The position numbers and the translations under genes were made by a program. A stretch of 63,984 nucleotides of DNA, filler included, from Octopus bimaculoides (Eukaryota): NCBI RefSeq assembly GCF_001194135.2. It is 6 parts of 6 records of this genome, joined end to end, with 100 filler letters (N's around TTAATTAATTAA, not from the genome) between each part and the next. Parts side by side here need not be neighbours in the genome. Positions count along the whole stretch, not along the records: positions 1 to 28,159 come from NC_069000.1; positions 28,260 to 42,088 come from NC_068989.1; 4 more parts are not named here. One strand, 5' to 3'. Below are positions 15,028 through 28,576 of this stretch, piece by piece. Below the pieces are notes generated by a model that ran no database searches, was not told the DNA's origin, and saw nothing but the letters and a program-made list of their open reading frames with translations. Every line of letters starts with the position of its first letter. Position 1 is the stretch's first letter.

Positions 15028-16038
15028 TATATATATATATATGTATGTATGTATGTATGTACGTATGTATGTATGTATGTATGCATGTATGTATATTTTG
15101 TGATTGTGCCCTTGAAAGGGAAGTGCGACCAGTGGTCGTGCTAGCTAGACACAAACTGGGGCTTGATCTGTCCCTGGTTAGGTTACCTGGGTAAGGGTGT
15201 TTCATCTAGAAAGACCCAAATACCTATCTGTTCCAGGTGACGTCACTGATGATGTGCATCACACGATGATGTATGGAGAAACCTATGCTAACACATGCAC
15301 GCATGCACGCGCATACATACACACGCACTCACGCGCACACAAACACACACAACACTTATGTTATCCTCGCTAGGAATCAGGTTAATGTTTGTAAAAACTG
15401 AGAGTAGAACTTCACTCAAGATTTTAATTTTTAAAATTTTTTTTTATTCATTTGGAAAATATTACAAGGACTTCCAACGGGTTTGTTCCGGGATGTAAAA
15501 TTTGTATGTCAGCTGTGCCGGAGTTTAAATGTGAAAACGAGGGTAAGCGGGTGTAAACCGGGATGGTAAGGTAGGGGTGAATTCTTGTGAAGTCTGTATT
15601 TTGGATTAATTCTAACTTCAAACGTCAGGTAAACCAGTTCTTCGGGTAAATTACGGGGTACTATGCGGGTGGTCCTCTTTACATTAGCGTGTTTTCTTTA
15701 ATTCATATCACACATAGATGTATACGTGTGTGTACGCATATATACATATGCGTATATATGCATACATACACCCTTATACAAACGTATATAGGGCAAGATG
15801 ACGAACTTTACAATAAATTTGACTCTACTGTCAATAGAGAGAGAGAGAGACAGCCTCTGTAAATGTTTCGTTATTATTCTTAAACATGCTTTAAAATAAC
15901 ATTATTTTAACATTTACACCAATCCATACATGCATACAAGCGTACATATACATGCATATATATGTGTAAATATATATATATATATGTATATGTGTATCAC
16001 ATACAAATATATATATATATATATGTATCTGTACATAT

Positions 16039-16088
<50 letters not shown>

Positions 16089-16496
16089 NNNNNNNNNNNN
16101 NNNNNNNNNNNNNNNNNNNNNNNNNNNNNNNNNNNNNNNNNNNNNNNNNNNNNNNNNNNNNNNNNNNNNNNNNNNNNNNNNNNNNNNNNNNNNNNNNNNN
16201 NNNNNNNNNNNNNNNNNNNNNNNNNNNNNNNNNNNNNNNNNNNNNNNNNNNNNNNNNNNNNNNNNNNNNNNNNNNNNNNNNNNNNNNNNNNNNNNNNNNN
16301 NNNNNNNNNNNNNNNNNNNNNNNNNNNNNNNNNNNNNNNNNNNNNNNNNNNNNNNNNNNNNNNNNNNNNNNNNNNNNNNNNNNNNNNNNNNNNNNNNNNN
16401 NNNNNNNNNNNNNNNNNNNNNNNNNNNNNNNNNNNNNNNNNNNNNNNNNNNNNNNNNNNNNNNNNNNNNNNNNNNNNNNNNNNNNNNNNNNNNNNN

Positions 16497-16531
<35 letters not shown>

Positions 16532-16535
16532 TATA

Positions 16536-17390
16536 TGACATCTGATCAATAAGTATCGGGACTGTTGCCATAGTAACGAAGCTAAAGATCGCAGAGTGAA
16601 GTCACTCGGCACAGATTGACCTTGAACTCTGCTGTGCATGCGCACAAAGTTTTAACGTTATGGCTCACTTCCGTTGTTTACAGCAGTGCTTGGAAGGAAG
16701 GTGTGTAGCGTGTGATCGTCGCATTGACCATGACAGAGAAAGTTGTCGAGGCCAACACAAAGTTGCAGAAAGTATATGGAGGGGAGTGTATGAGCCATAC
16801 ACAAGTGTACGAGTGGCTCAGATTTTCCCAAGATGGTCGAAAAATGTCGATCGTAACGAACGTTCTGGGAGACCCGCAACCAGCAGAACTGCGAAAAACA
16901 TCGCAGATGTGCGTGCAGCTGTGAGGGGAAATCATCGAACCACTATCCGTGATTATCAGATGATGTGCAGATTAGTTACGGTTCAGTTCAATCCATTATC
17001 ACTGAAGATTTGGGTATGAGATGTGTGTCTGCCAAATTCGTGTAAAAACTGCTTTCAGCTGACCAAAACGACACTTGGGTTTCAGTTGCACAAGATCTCC
17101 TTGATTGTGTCGAGAACGATGAAAAGATTTTGAAAATTTTGCGTAGGCCCCTGAGCAGGTATCGCCAAGCTTTTGGCAAAATTTGATGCATATTCTCTGT
17201 CATGGTCAATGCAACGATCACACGCTACACATACCTTCCTTCCAAGCACTACTGTAAATAGCGAAAGTAATCCAGAACGTTAAAATTTAGTGCACATGCA
17301 CAACAGAGTTCAAGTTCAATCTGTGCCAAGCGGCTTTACTCTCCGTGCTTTAGCTTCGTTACTATGGCAACAATTCGGATACTTATTGAT
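16536..17390 (+). mobile_element. Mariner derivative with ~200-bp inverted arms and an N-terminal transposase fragment
   Basis: Arms at ~16544-16740 and ~17195-17390 are reverse complements. The interior encodes KLQKVYGGECMSHTQVYEW..NERSGRPATSRT..ISYGSVQSIITEDLGMRCVSAKFV. Confidence 0.9.
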
Positions 17391-17611
17391 GTGTGTGTGT
17401 ATATATATACATATATATATATATAAGTTCAAAAAAACAATAACAAAAAGACAACAAAGTGAGGACATGGTACGGATAGTGTTATTGGACGCTCCGGGAA
17501 AGGAAAGAGAGAGTGTATGACGTTTCGGGCGTAGCCCTTCGTCGGAAAGATGGAAAGTTCGGAGAATGGAAAAACGGAGAAAGAGGAAAATGGTACCGAT
17601 GCCCACGAGGT

Positions 17612-17650
<39 letters not shown>

Positions 17651-17839
17651 ACATGAGTATGAATCTGTGAATGCATTCAGCGTTGTGTGTTCAAATCCCA
17701 CCAAACTCAACTTGGTCGTTCACCCATTTGGGATCGATAAAATAGAATACCAGCCAACCCATCCCGTCAAGCTTTCTGGCTTCGTACCAAAACTAAGAAA
17801 CATTATTATCTCCAATTACTCCAATGCGAAACTTGTTAC

Positions 17840-17955
17840 CACATTGAGGGCATATTCTTTTTGCACCATGTTATAAAATAGTTCCAGACCTTTTCCCTTG
17901 GCACCTATATTCCCGTTGAACCAATATTTCTGAGTTGCTGTAATCAGATATCTTC
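17840..17955 (-). CDS. Candidate 116-nt coding exon of an unidentified - strand gene (GRYLITATQKYWFNGNIGAKGKGLELFYNMVQKEYALNV)
   Basis: Acceptor ttttatcttctgcag|, donor GTG|GTAACA, open and protein-like frame in unique sequence. Confidence 0.45.
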
Positions 17956-18448
17956 CTGCAGAAGATAAAATTCTGAATGTGATTCCACCATTCACGAGGT
18001 TGACACATTTGTGACACATTCCTCAATTGTTCTTACGAGGTTTGTCATTAAAATCTTTCGTTTGGCACCATATCCCCGCCTCTCTTTCTCTCGCTCTCTC
18101 TCTTTTCCTTTCTGTTTCACCCCATGCATACACATATATATGTACCTACCTACCTACATACATACATATTTACATACACACATGTATATATGTATATATG
18201 CATGTATATTGGTGCATATATGCATACACACACACATAGATGCATACACATATGTGTCTGTCTGTCTGTTTTTCTGTCTGTCTGTCTGTCCGTCCGTCTG
18301 TCTGTCTGTCTGTCTGTCTGTCTGCCTGCCTACTTACATACAGAGATGCATACACATACACACAACGTATATATGTACATTTGATAGGAGTTAAATGTAT
18401 TATTTAATAACAATTTGATTCAGCTCCTTGAAGTTTTGTAGGTTTCTT

Positions 18449-18493
<45 letters not shown>

Positions 18494-19064
18494 ACTATTA
18501 ATTATGTGTATGTGTGTGTGTGTATCCTTTACGTTTTGCTGAAATGATGAAGGAGCATGCGGGTAGCATTTAACATTTATCCAACAAACAGTTTAGACGA
18601 GACAATTCTCTTCACAAAAACAAGGTAACTCTCCATCTCTGACTCATTGAAAAAAAAAAATAAATAAAAACAAAAAGAACGAGGAAGATGAAAAAAAAAA
18701 CGGAAAATCTAGAACGTTCAACCATTTTGCATCTTCCATTTCTTATTCCTGTAATCTACATAAAATCAATGTTACATCTGGCAGAAATCTGGCAGGAATT
18801 AAGTCCGTTGGAAGATTTTTCGATCTAACGCCAAGGGTTGTGTTTGAACTTTCAAGCAACAGAACACTGGAGAGATAATGAAAGTTTCTTTTCATTTCTT
18901 AACAATTGCTTCTAGTTTTCCATGTGGTTTCCCACATTCGACGTTCGTTAAAAGGCTTTTGTGCATTTAGATTGGCTGCTGGGGTACCATGACTGCCAGG
19001 GTACTATAACTGCACTCAGTTATACTTACCTCTCTTTCCCTTCGTCTCTCCCTCTCATCCCCCC

Positions 19065-19095
<31 letters not shown>

Positions 19096-19689
19096 GTGTG
19101 TGTATAAAGTGAATTCAATGATCAAACGATTCAAAAACGAATCAACAACGAAAAAAAAATAGAGAAGGAAAAAAGAAAAGCAAACGGGACGCTCGACGAA
19201 AGGAGAGAGTTTAACATTTCGAGCATGGCTCTTCGTCGGAAAGGGGAAAGGGAAAAGTCCAAAGGAGTAAAAAAGATCGGCAACGGCCCACGTGTAGTTA
19301 CATTTCTTATATTATNNNNNNNNNNNNNNNNNNNNNNNNNNNNNNNNNNNNNNNNNNNNNNNNNNNNNNNNNNNNNNNNNNNNNNNNNNNNNNNNNNNNN
19401 NNNNNNNNNNNNNNNNNNNNNNNNNNNNNNNNNNNNNNNNNNNNNNNNNNNNNNNNNNNNNNNNNNNNNNNNNNNNNNNNNNNNNNNNNNNNNNNNNNNN
19501 NNNNNNNNNNNNNNNNNNNNNNNNNNNNNNNNNNNNNNNNNNNNNNNNNNNNNNNNNNNNNNNNNNNNNNNNNNNNNNNNNNNNNNNNNNNNNNNNNNNN
19601 NNNNNNNNNNNNNNNNNNNNNNNNNNNNNNATATATATATGTATATATTAGTGTGTGTGCTCTAACATATGCACACATATATATCTACA

Positions 19690-19738
<49 letters not shown>

Positions 19739-20090
19739 TTGTTTGTCCGTCTGTCTGCTTATCTATCTATCTATATATATATATATATATTCGCCCAGAC
19801 AATCACAAAAGAGGATCGCATTTACACGCAGCTACGCACACTGCCAGCCCATTGTGTATAGATGGATTATAAACAGATACACGAACGGAAATTTAAAAAA
19901 GACAATTAGAATAAATCGGTAGACATCCGTCTATGCACCCCAACCCCACAACGCATATCTGTCTATTTATTATATATATATATATATATAGACAGATGTT
20001 TCCCAAATTCTACAGAAATCCCCAAAACTCCACCGCAGACGAGAGGAAATAGTAGGGTAGCAAGCGAAAGCAACTATACTATATATATAA

Positions 20091-20150
<60 letters not shown>

Positions 20151-20417
20151 TATATGATTATGTACTGTATATGTATTACGCAAAAATTCATTGTACAGGT
20201 GTGTATATAAACGATTTCCGTTATGCTATGTCGGCTAATTCTATGTCAATTCTTCAAGAGTGAACTCCTTGTTTTTGTTTTTCTTTGCACAATATCTAAA
20301 AGATATTTTCTTATATTTTCTCGGCATGATGCCATTGTGGAACATTTAATTATTGAAGGCAATTAACACCAAATGGAAGAAGGCAAGTTTTAACAAATGT
20401 TGTATTACCTTAAGTGA

Positions 20418-20763
20418 AGGCGCAAGGCTCAGTGGTTAGAGCGTCTGGTTCACAGTCATGAGGTAGTGATTTCGATTCCCAGACCGGGCTGTGTGTTGTC
20501 TTCTTGAGCAAGACACTTTATTTCACGTTGCTCCAGTTCACTCAGCTGTAGAAATGAGTTGCGACGTCACTAGTGCCAAGCTGTATCGGCCCCTTTGCCT
20601 TTCCTTTGGATAACATCGGTGGCATAGAGAGGAGGAGGCTGGTATGCATGGGCGACTGCTGGTCTTACATAAACAACCTTATCGACCTGTGCCTCAGAGG
20701 CAACTTTCTGAGTGCAATCCCAGGGTCATTCATGACCGACTGTGGAGGTGGTGTCTTTACCCT
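20418..20763 (+). mobile_element. tRNA-derived SINE family D (same core as C, different tail)
   Basis: GGCTCAGTGGTTAGAGC A box and TTCGATTCCC B box; core TTCTTGAGCAAGACACTTTATTTCACGTTGCTCCAGTTCACTCAGCT; tail GCCAAGCTGTATCGGCCCC. Other copies at 22955-23061 and 23404-23655. Confidence 0.9.
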
Positions 20764-20934
20764 TTAATGCTTAAAAGAAAAGGAAAGACCCTTGATGCTT
20801 CGGACGCAAGTCATTCACCAGAAAAAAATATCGGAAAAAAGAGTGAAGGAGGAGAGTGGAAAAGAAAATGTAATTGGAAATATTCTTTTCTATTGGATGT
20901 TCAAAAAGTCTCTCCGCAGTGAATTTTATTTCAT

Positions 20935-21130
20935 TCAAGATGTATTTCAAAACATGTGTAGAAGAGTCAGCTTATGTATTGAAAATGAAGGACGACACTT
21001 TCAACACCTCTTATGAAGCTTTTTAAAGTCTGAAAATATGTGAAATCTACATCTAGGGGATTTGGGGTTAGATGCAGTTTTTTCTCGCGAATTGGGCTCG
21101 CCTAAATTGGGCTGCACCTTTTATATCCGT
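20935..21130 (+). mobile_element. Tc1/mariner-superfamily C-terminal remnant
   Basis: IQDVFQNMCRRVSLCIENEGRHFQHLL* matches the common IS630-Tc1-mariner C-terminus. Confidence 0.65.
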
Positions 21131-21438
21131 GCGCCTTAAATGCCCGGAAATATGGTTATTCCAAGGGTCTTAATTTGTTATACAGTGTTTCGGGTATCTA
21201 CCACCCGAATGAAAGACACTTAGGCTCTAGGACCCAAGCTTATGGTTGTTACGCCCTTAATAGACGGGGTTACGCCCTTAATAGACGAGGTTTGGTCTTA
21301 TGTTAGATTAGCGTATATTAATTCTGATTCTTTCTTTGGGTGAATAAATATTGAGAGGAACCAACCGTGATAAGGACGTTAATTACGTCATAAACTGTAT
21401 CTTCTACGCATATTACAGCGTGTTTAAAGACTACAGAA

Positions 21439-21474
<36 letters not shown>

Positions 21475-21533
21475 ACATACACAAATATGTATGCATGTAC
21501 ATGTACATATATTCTCACTCATGCATATAAAAT

Positions 21534-21565
<32 letters not shown>

Positions 21566-21910
21566 ACGCACACATACACATGCACGCTTATATATGTATA
21601 TTCTTTTATTCTTTTATTCAGTCATTTGACTGCGGCCATGCTAGAGCACCGCCTTTTAGTCGAGTAAATCGATTCCAGAACTTATTCTTTGTAAGCCAAG
21701 TACTTATTCTATCGGTCTCTTTTTGCTGAAGCGCTAGGTTACGGGGACATAAACACACTAGCATCGGATGTCAAGCGATGTTGGGCCGCGACAAACACAC
21801 ACACACAAACACACGCGCGTGCGCGCATATGTATGTTATGTGTGTACAAAAATGCGCGCACACATTCACATATGTATATATATACACGCATGCACCAAAA
21901 CACACCGAAC

Positions 21911-21944
<34 letters not shown>

Positions 21945-22771
21945 GTCATTATCTCTCTGTCGCTGTCTCTCATACACTAGCTCGTACACATACGTACACA
22001 ATCGCACACGCACAGACACACACACACACACACACGTTTGCAAGCACACACGTCCACGCACTTACATCGGAAGTGCTGTAAGAGGCTGTGAAGATAAGAT
22101 GCCGGAATCCTGACTTGACCCGGCGGTCATCAGTTTCCTTCTTGGTGTGGTGATTCTTCCGTGGGAAAACTAATAAACTCCAATTACACTTTATTATCAA
22201 ACTCGATGTAACCTCATTAGAGGTGGCCTTATTTCACTCTGGATCACATGTTGAGAAGGGTGGTCATGTTGAGAAAGGCTTCGATACATGTCGTGTTGTA
22301 TTAGACACATAAATGATTTCTGATTTTGATTTTAAATATAAGGGTAGCAAGTGGAGGACTGGCCAGGGTGCCAGCTTGCCCGATGGCAAGTGGGGTCTCT
22401 GCGCCATTAAAATCCATATATAAAGGCCCATGTTAGTATCTAAGGAGCCCATCCCCTCAAGTTTGAGAATTTTTTATTCACTCCTGGAAGAATGCATTAA
22501 TTATTTCAGCCTGGCTGTGTTTGTAGACAGTTGAAAAGAATACCTTTAACAAAAAAGAAAAAAATTAAATGATAGCATTGTAGTTGCGGAGGGGCCCCCT
22601 TAGTCACCTGGCAACCAATAGTTTTAGACCCAGTCCGCCACTGAGGGTAGCAGCTCTGGGGGAAGGACTTCGAAAATCGGAGAAACTGATTTGCATATAT
22701 AACGTACCTTGGGTAGCTAGTTTGATTAATAAATTACTGGCGTGTTGACGTGTTCTTTTAATGCTGTACCG

Positions 22772-22901
22772 TACAGGGTGTCCACAAGGTCTGGGTACAT
22801 GGAGTAAATAAAATCATAACATAAACAATTAAATATAAGAAATAATAATTTCTTAAAGTATGTGTTAATCCCCCTGTACCCAGACTTTGTGGACATCCTG
22901 T
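22772..22901. mobile_element. 130-bp Tc1/mariner-type MITE
   Basis: 28-bp TIRs TACAGG(G/A)TGTCCACAA(G/A)GTCTGGGTACA with 2 mismatches. Confidence 0.9.
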
Positions 22902-23699
22902 ACTATATAATATATCTGTAAATTTTAGTGAACACTTAAATAATAGACAGGTGTCTATGGCTCAGTGGTTAGAGCATCTGGCTCACAGTCATGAGGTAAT
23001 GAGTTCGATTTCCAGACCGGGCTGTGCGTTGTGTTCTTGAGCAAGACACTTTATTTTACGATCATTCGTGCATGTGCGTCGACATCCGTCTCCATTGGAC
23101 TTTATAAAATGCAAAACGGACCAAGAAATGAAACGAATATTGAGGTATCTGTACGTCACTGGATTTAAGGGACAAATGCTTGTCCAACCCTTTTGCCACT
23201 CGCTTGCTCACCACAGTCGGTTCCAGCATAAAGTATTGTAAGATGACCGTCACTATTTCAACTGCAAGTTTTATGTCAGACTATCTTTCTCCGAGAAGAG
23301 CTGCTTTCTCCTATGACTTTGTCAAAACAATGGGAGCCTCCTCTAACGATGAAATATATATTAAATTACGATTTAAAAATAGCTCTAGTAATGTAAGCAT
23401 TATCGCGGCTCAGTGGTTAGGTCGTTGGGCTCACAGTCATGAAGCAGTGAGTTCGATTCCCGGACTGAACTGCGTGTTGTGTTCCTCAGCAAGACACTTT
23501 ATTTCACGTTGCTCCAGTTCACTCAGCTATAGAAATGATTTGTAATGTCACTGATGCCAAGCTGTATCGGCCCCTTTGTCTTTCCCTTGGATAACATCAG
23601 TGACGCGAAGGGAGGCTGGTATGCATGGGCAACTGCTGGGCTTCCATGAAACAACAGCAGTTTTCACATCGGTGATTGAGGACTAGCACTAACGCACAA

Positions 23700-23738
<39 letters not shown>

Positions 23739-23788
23739 ATACACACATTTATATTGAAAGCGTAAAAAAACATTTTATGTATGTGTAT

Positions 23789-23937
23789 AGGAATGGTTGT
23801 GTGGTAAGAGGCTTGTTTACCAACCACATGGTTCCGGGTTCAGTCCCACTGCGTGGCACCTTGGGCAAGCGTCTTCTACTATAGCCTTAGGCCAACCCTG
23901 TGAGTGGATTTGGCAGACGGAAACTGGAAGAAGCGTG

Positions 23938-23981
<44 letters not shown>

Positions 23982-24208
23982 GTGTGAGTGTGAATGTGTG
24001 TGCGGCTGTGTTTGTCCTCTCAACAATCGCTTATCAACCGATGTTGGTATGTTTACGTCTCCGTAATCTAGCGGTTCAGCAAAAGTTACTGATGCCATAA
24101 GTACTAGTCTTAAGAAACGAGTCCTGGGGTCGATTTGTTCGACTAAAACCTTTCAAGGCGGTGTTCCTGCATGGCCGCAGTCAAAATGACTGACACAAGT
24201 GAAAGAAT
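23789..24208 (+). mobile_element. SINE family A, near full length (tRNA-like head, central TA/TG microsatellite)
   Basis: Head TGGTTGTGTGGTAAG..GGTTCAGTCCC; body CACCTTGGGCAAG; 3' CATGGCCGCAGTCAAAATGACTGA. Partial copies at ~1412-1512(-), 8900-9039(+), 21599-21800(-), 24240-24357(-), 40600-40757(-), 41074-41180(-), 43700-43920(-), 45160-45237(-), 49172-49293(-), 51350-51540(-) and 52541-52690(+). Confidence 0.9.
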
Positions 24209-24523
24209 ATACGACGAGATACTTTCAGTTTATCAGAAATAGTTGGAAGGGTTTGGTCGAACGAGGATGTAATAGAAGTCGAAGGTGCTGCACAGTGGGA
24301 CTGAAACCAAGACCATAGACTTGGGGGAGCAAGAGGCTTACCCACACGGCCGCACCTGTTACTGGCTGAAAATATCTTCGTATTTTGATTTATACTTTAA
24401 TAAAATATTTTAATATTTTATACATGCAAAGATAGATAGAAAGATAGATAGATAGATAGATAGATAGCTAGATAGAGAGATAGATAGACAGATAGATAGA
24501 CAGATAGATAGATAGAGAGAGAG

Positions 24524-24563
<40 letters not shown>

Positions 24564-24669
24564 TTGAATGATAGATATAAAGATAGAAAACAGACTGACA
24601 GATAGAAATGAAATGGCTTTAGCATTATATTTACATGTGCTCACACTAACACCACATATTCCTACCTAC

Positions 24670-24700
<31 letters not shown>

Positions 24701-25309
24701 AACACACACAAACACACACACACACATATATATATATGTATATGTATATATAGATGTATATATATATATATATATATATATNNNNNNNNNNNNNNNNNNN
24801 NNNNNNNNNNNNNNNNNNNNNNNNNNNNNNNNNNNNNNNNNNNNNNNNNNNNNNNNNNNNNNNNNNNNNNNNNNNNNNNNNNNNNNNNNNNNNNNNNNNN
24901 NNNNNNNNNNNNNNNNNNNNNNNNNNNNNNNNNNNNNNNNNNNNNNNNNNNNNNNNNNNNNNNNNNNNNNNNNNNNNNNNNNNNNNNNNNNNNNNNNNNN
25001 NNNNNNNNNNNNNNNNNNNNNNNNNNNNNNNNNNNNNNNNNNNNNNNNNNNNNNNNNNNNNNNNNNNNNNNNNNNNNNNNNNNNNNNNNNNNNNNNNNNN
25101 NNNNNNNNNNNNNNNNNNNNNNNNNNNNGAGAGAGAGAGAGAGAGAGAGATTTAGAAATATGATATTTCTAATTTATATATATATAGATGTGTATATACA
25201 TGTATATATACGTATGTATACAACGATGGGGAATTATTAGATAGAAAGAGAGAAGCAAAGGAGAGAGGAAAGTAAGAAGAAGAAAGAGAAACAGATGATC
25301 AGAAAATTA

Positions 25310-25341
<32 letters not shown>

Positions 25342-26204
25342 GAGGGGAAGAAAATGCAATTGAGAGGAAGGGAATAAATAAAAAGCGAAGAGAAAGAAAA
25401 AGAAGGAGGGGGAGGGAGAGAGAGAGAGAGAGAGAGAGAGAAGGTAGAAGGATTGAGAAAAGAAAAAGTGTTGTAGCGAGAGTAGGAGTTGGAGGAGGAG
25501 GAGGAGGAGGAGGAAGGGGAGGAGGGGGGCATTTTTGTTGTTGAAAGAAGCTGAAAGAAGTTATTAGAGCAATTAAGAAGAAACCAGTTGAAAGGGAGTT
25601 TTTCTGATTCTTCTGCACCACGCACTGACTACTGAGTCTAACAACAACAACAACACTGCTGCTGTTGGTGTTGGTGTTGATGTTGGAGGTGTTGTTGTTT
25701 GTGACCACACACACACACGCACACGCACACACACGCACACACACACACACACATACATTCACACACAAACACGCATACATAATACAACATACGCACCATG
25801 TAGTAATGATACACATTCATTCACATAAACATACATCTACATATATACACACGTAATTATATCATATATATGCATATATATCACCTATATATATTGTTAC
25901 CTAAGATACCTCGTAGATAATTCCCCACACGCACTCACACACATATATATATAATACACATTCACATATACACAAACACATACGTACATCTACTATTATA
26001 TACATATATATTTATATATATATTAGAATTTTTATTAGGTGAAACTTAATACACACAGTATATATATATATATTTATATACGATATCAACATACATACGC
26101 ATAGCTATATCTGTTTATCACTGGACGTATCCACACGCCGTATATAAATATATAAACACACGTTATTCTTAACCGTGAGACGTACTTGACAAGGCGTTGC
26201 AGCC

Positions 26205-26292
26205 ATGCCGAGGAAACCACCTTTTTATATGGATGAAAATATCGTTCCTTGGAAATTGCCGAAGTTTCCAACTAGGAAGAAGAAACTGAAAG
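26205..26292 (+). CDS. Candidate first coding exon of an unidentified + strand gene (MPRKPPFYMDENIVPWKLPKFPTRKKKLK, phase 1)
   Basis: GCAGCC-ATG context, non-repetitive open frame, donor AAG|GTAAGG, and a GA-rich promoter/UTR-like region at ~25.2-25.7 kb. No homology recognised. Confidence 0.45.
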
Positions 26293-26655
26293 GTAAGGGA
26301 TCATTCTTATCCCCTATTTGTTTTTTAAAAATCAGTATTTAATCAAAAGGTAACGTCACTCACCTAACTCTCTTTAGTCTGAGATTGATATGAATTTTTT
26401 TTTTTTTTTTAATGAGAGGTGTAATTTATAATATTACAAATGTGTATGTAACATCGGAGTTGTGGAATAGCTGTATTTCGGAGTCCCATACCTCATCCAG
26501 AGAGGATAAAGGTACGGAAATGGGAGGACGGTGGTAATGTAAAGGAATTGGAAACTTTCGGAAAACTTTTATTTTGAGGAACGTAATTTGTTGTATCAAA
26601 CATCAAAGGCCACTGTCTGTCTGTCTGTCTGTCTGTCTGCCTACCTGCCTGCCTG

Positions 26656-26732
<77 letters not shown>

Positions 26733-26845
26733 ATGCACACATGTATGTCTGTATACACACTGTGTATACAAATATCGCATATCAGCCAGGCTATCGGAAG
26801 CTGTTATACATCACTGAACTCCTGTATGTGTATGTGCGTATGCGA

Positions 26846-26891
<46 letters not shown>

Positions 26892-27050
26892 CGAAAGGAG
26901 GTGCGGTCCATGTCCTTTACCTCCATATATACATACATTCATGTGTCTATGTATGTGCATATGCTTTTGTAATATTATGCGTGCATGTGTATGTGTGTGT
27001 ACGCCTGCGTACATGTGTGTTTATTATACAAATATACACGTGTGCTTATA

Positions 27051-27302
27051 CAATACTCCTTAGACTATCGCGGTTGTTACGTTCCAAAACCACCCCGCGA
27101 TAGGTGAAAATCCGCGAAGTAGAAACAGTACTGTATATTTTTTAAAAATCATTTTCACAATTTGTATCTAGGATTCCGTTTACATCTCCGCCATGTCAGC
27201 TATTTATTTTATTATAAATGCAAAACAACACCACGGAGGAATCAACGTAAGCTTAAATAATAAACCGTGATAGGTGAACCGTGATATAGCGAAGGATTAC
27301 TG
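27051..27302. mobile_element. Tigger/pogo-like MITE, 252 bp
   Basis: Imperfect TIRs CAATACTCCTTAGACTATCGCGG and (reverse complement) CAGTAATCCTTCGCTATATCACGG; TA on both flanks. Confidence 0.75.
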
Positions 27303-27377
27303 TATATATTTTTCCAAAGCATCCGATAAATCTTTATTGTATATTGACATTAACCATAGCAGAGTACTACGGAGAGG

Positions 27378-27408
27378 AGAGGGAGGGAGAGAGAGGGAGA
27401 GAGAGAGA

Positions 27409-27487
<79 letters not shown>
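27378..27487. repeat. (GA)n microsatellite, representative of dozens of (CA), (TA), (GA), (GATA), (GACA), (CATA) and (TAA) tracts across the window
   Basis: Directly visible; most N-gaps are bordered by such tracts. Confidence 0.98.
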
Positions 27488-27490
<3 letters not shown>

Positions 27491-27641
27491 AATTCACGCT
27501 TCTTGCTTTTCAACGTAAAAGTGTTTGCATGTAAAGCTATCGTGGATGTTTTGAAGTTTGTAATGATCGTTCTATAAACTATCTTTGTTTACATAACTGT
27601 TCGTCTCTCTCTCTCTCTCTCACGCTCAGCCATACTCTCTG

Positions 27642-27702
<61 letters not shown>

Positions 27703-28159
27703 GTTCTTTGCGCTAGTTACAGTAAAACGATATATATACATATATATATATACATATATATATACATATATAGTTACAGTAAAACGATATATATATATTT
27801 GAAAATAATATGTATTCTTGTTTTTATACTATTCATTTGGTTCTTTATAGATTATTTTAATAGATAACTTATTTAACACTATATTATTTAGAAGTTATAG
27901 TTTCATTTCAACATAATATTAGAACTTCGATTGGAATAGTGTTGATATATTTTCGATTATTTTTGATTAATATTATTTGATTAATTATTAATCTTTATAG
28001 TTTATAATATCGTTAAAGTTTTTAAAAAATCAAAACTTTGTATATATATATAAAGTTTAACCTTTTATTCTTAATAATTTTTTCTTTCCTAATTTTTTCA
28101 TTCATAATTTTTTCCATTCATAATTTTTTCATTCATATTTCTTATTATTACGTTTGTAG

Positions 28160-28259
28160 NNNNNNNNNNNNNNNNNNNNNNNNNNNNNNNNNNNNNNNNN
28201 NNNTTAATTAATTAANNNNNNNNNNNNNNNNNNNNNNNNNNNNNNNNNNNNNNNNNNNN
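28160..28259. other. Assembly spacer (44 N + TTAATTAATTAA + 44 N); also at 42089, 54617, 59265 and 62610
   Basis: Identical 100-base layout five times; the 12-mer places stops in all six frames. Confidence 0.95.
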
Positions 28260-28576
28260 CTGATTACTACCTAGCTCAGATGCCAGGAAACCCCAAAATG
28301 GCTGAAGTTCAAAAGATAGTGCTCATGGGAACTGCCCATATCCTACGTAAAATACTGTCTATGTGATCTCAAATTTTAAAGCAAACATAATTTTCTTATG
28401 GTTTCTTAAACATTTACACTTGAACAAAACTGTACAAATCCAAATATATGGTACCCTAGGCATAACACCTACATGAACTTCTAACTTGTTGTCTCTTGAG
28501 GTCTCTGGGTGAGACTTGGATCCAACTTGTACAAATGCAAAACAAAAGTCAAACATAAAATAATAATAATAATAAT
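28260..28576 (+). mobile_element. R4/Dong-like LINE 3' end, third (young) subfamily with (TAA)n tail
   Basis: YYLAQMPGNPKMAEVQKIVLMGTAHILRKILSM* followed by a 3'UTR and (TAA)n. Near-identical to the reverse complement of 54327-54616. Confidence 0.8.

Noticed and set aside
20418-20490. tRNA-like sequences here and at 10318, 22955 and 23404
   Set aside because: They continue into SINE cores, so they are SINE heads rather than tRNA genes.
28204-28215. TTAATTAATTAA islands inside N runs (five places)
   Set aside because: Fixed 44N+12+44N layout with six-frame stops: an assembly spacer, not biology.
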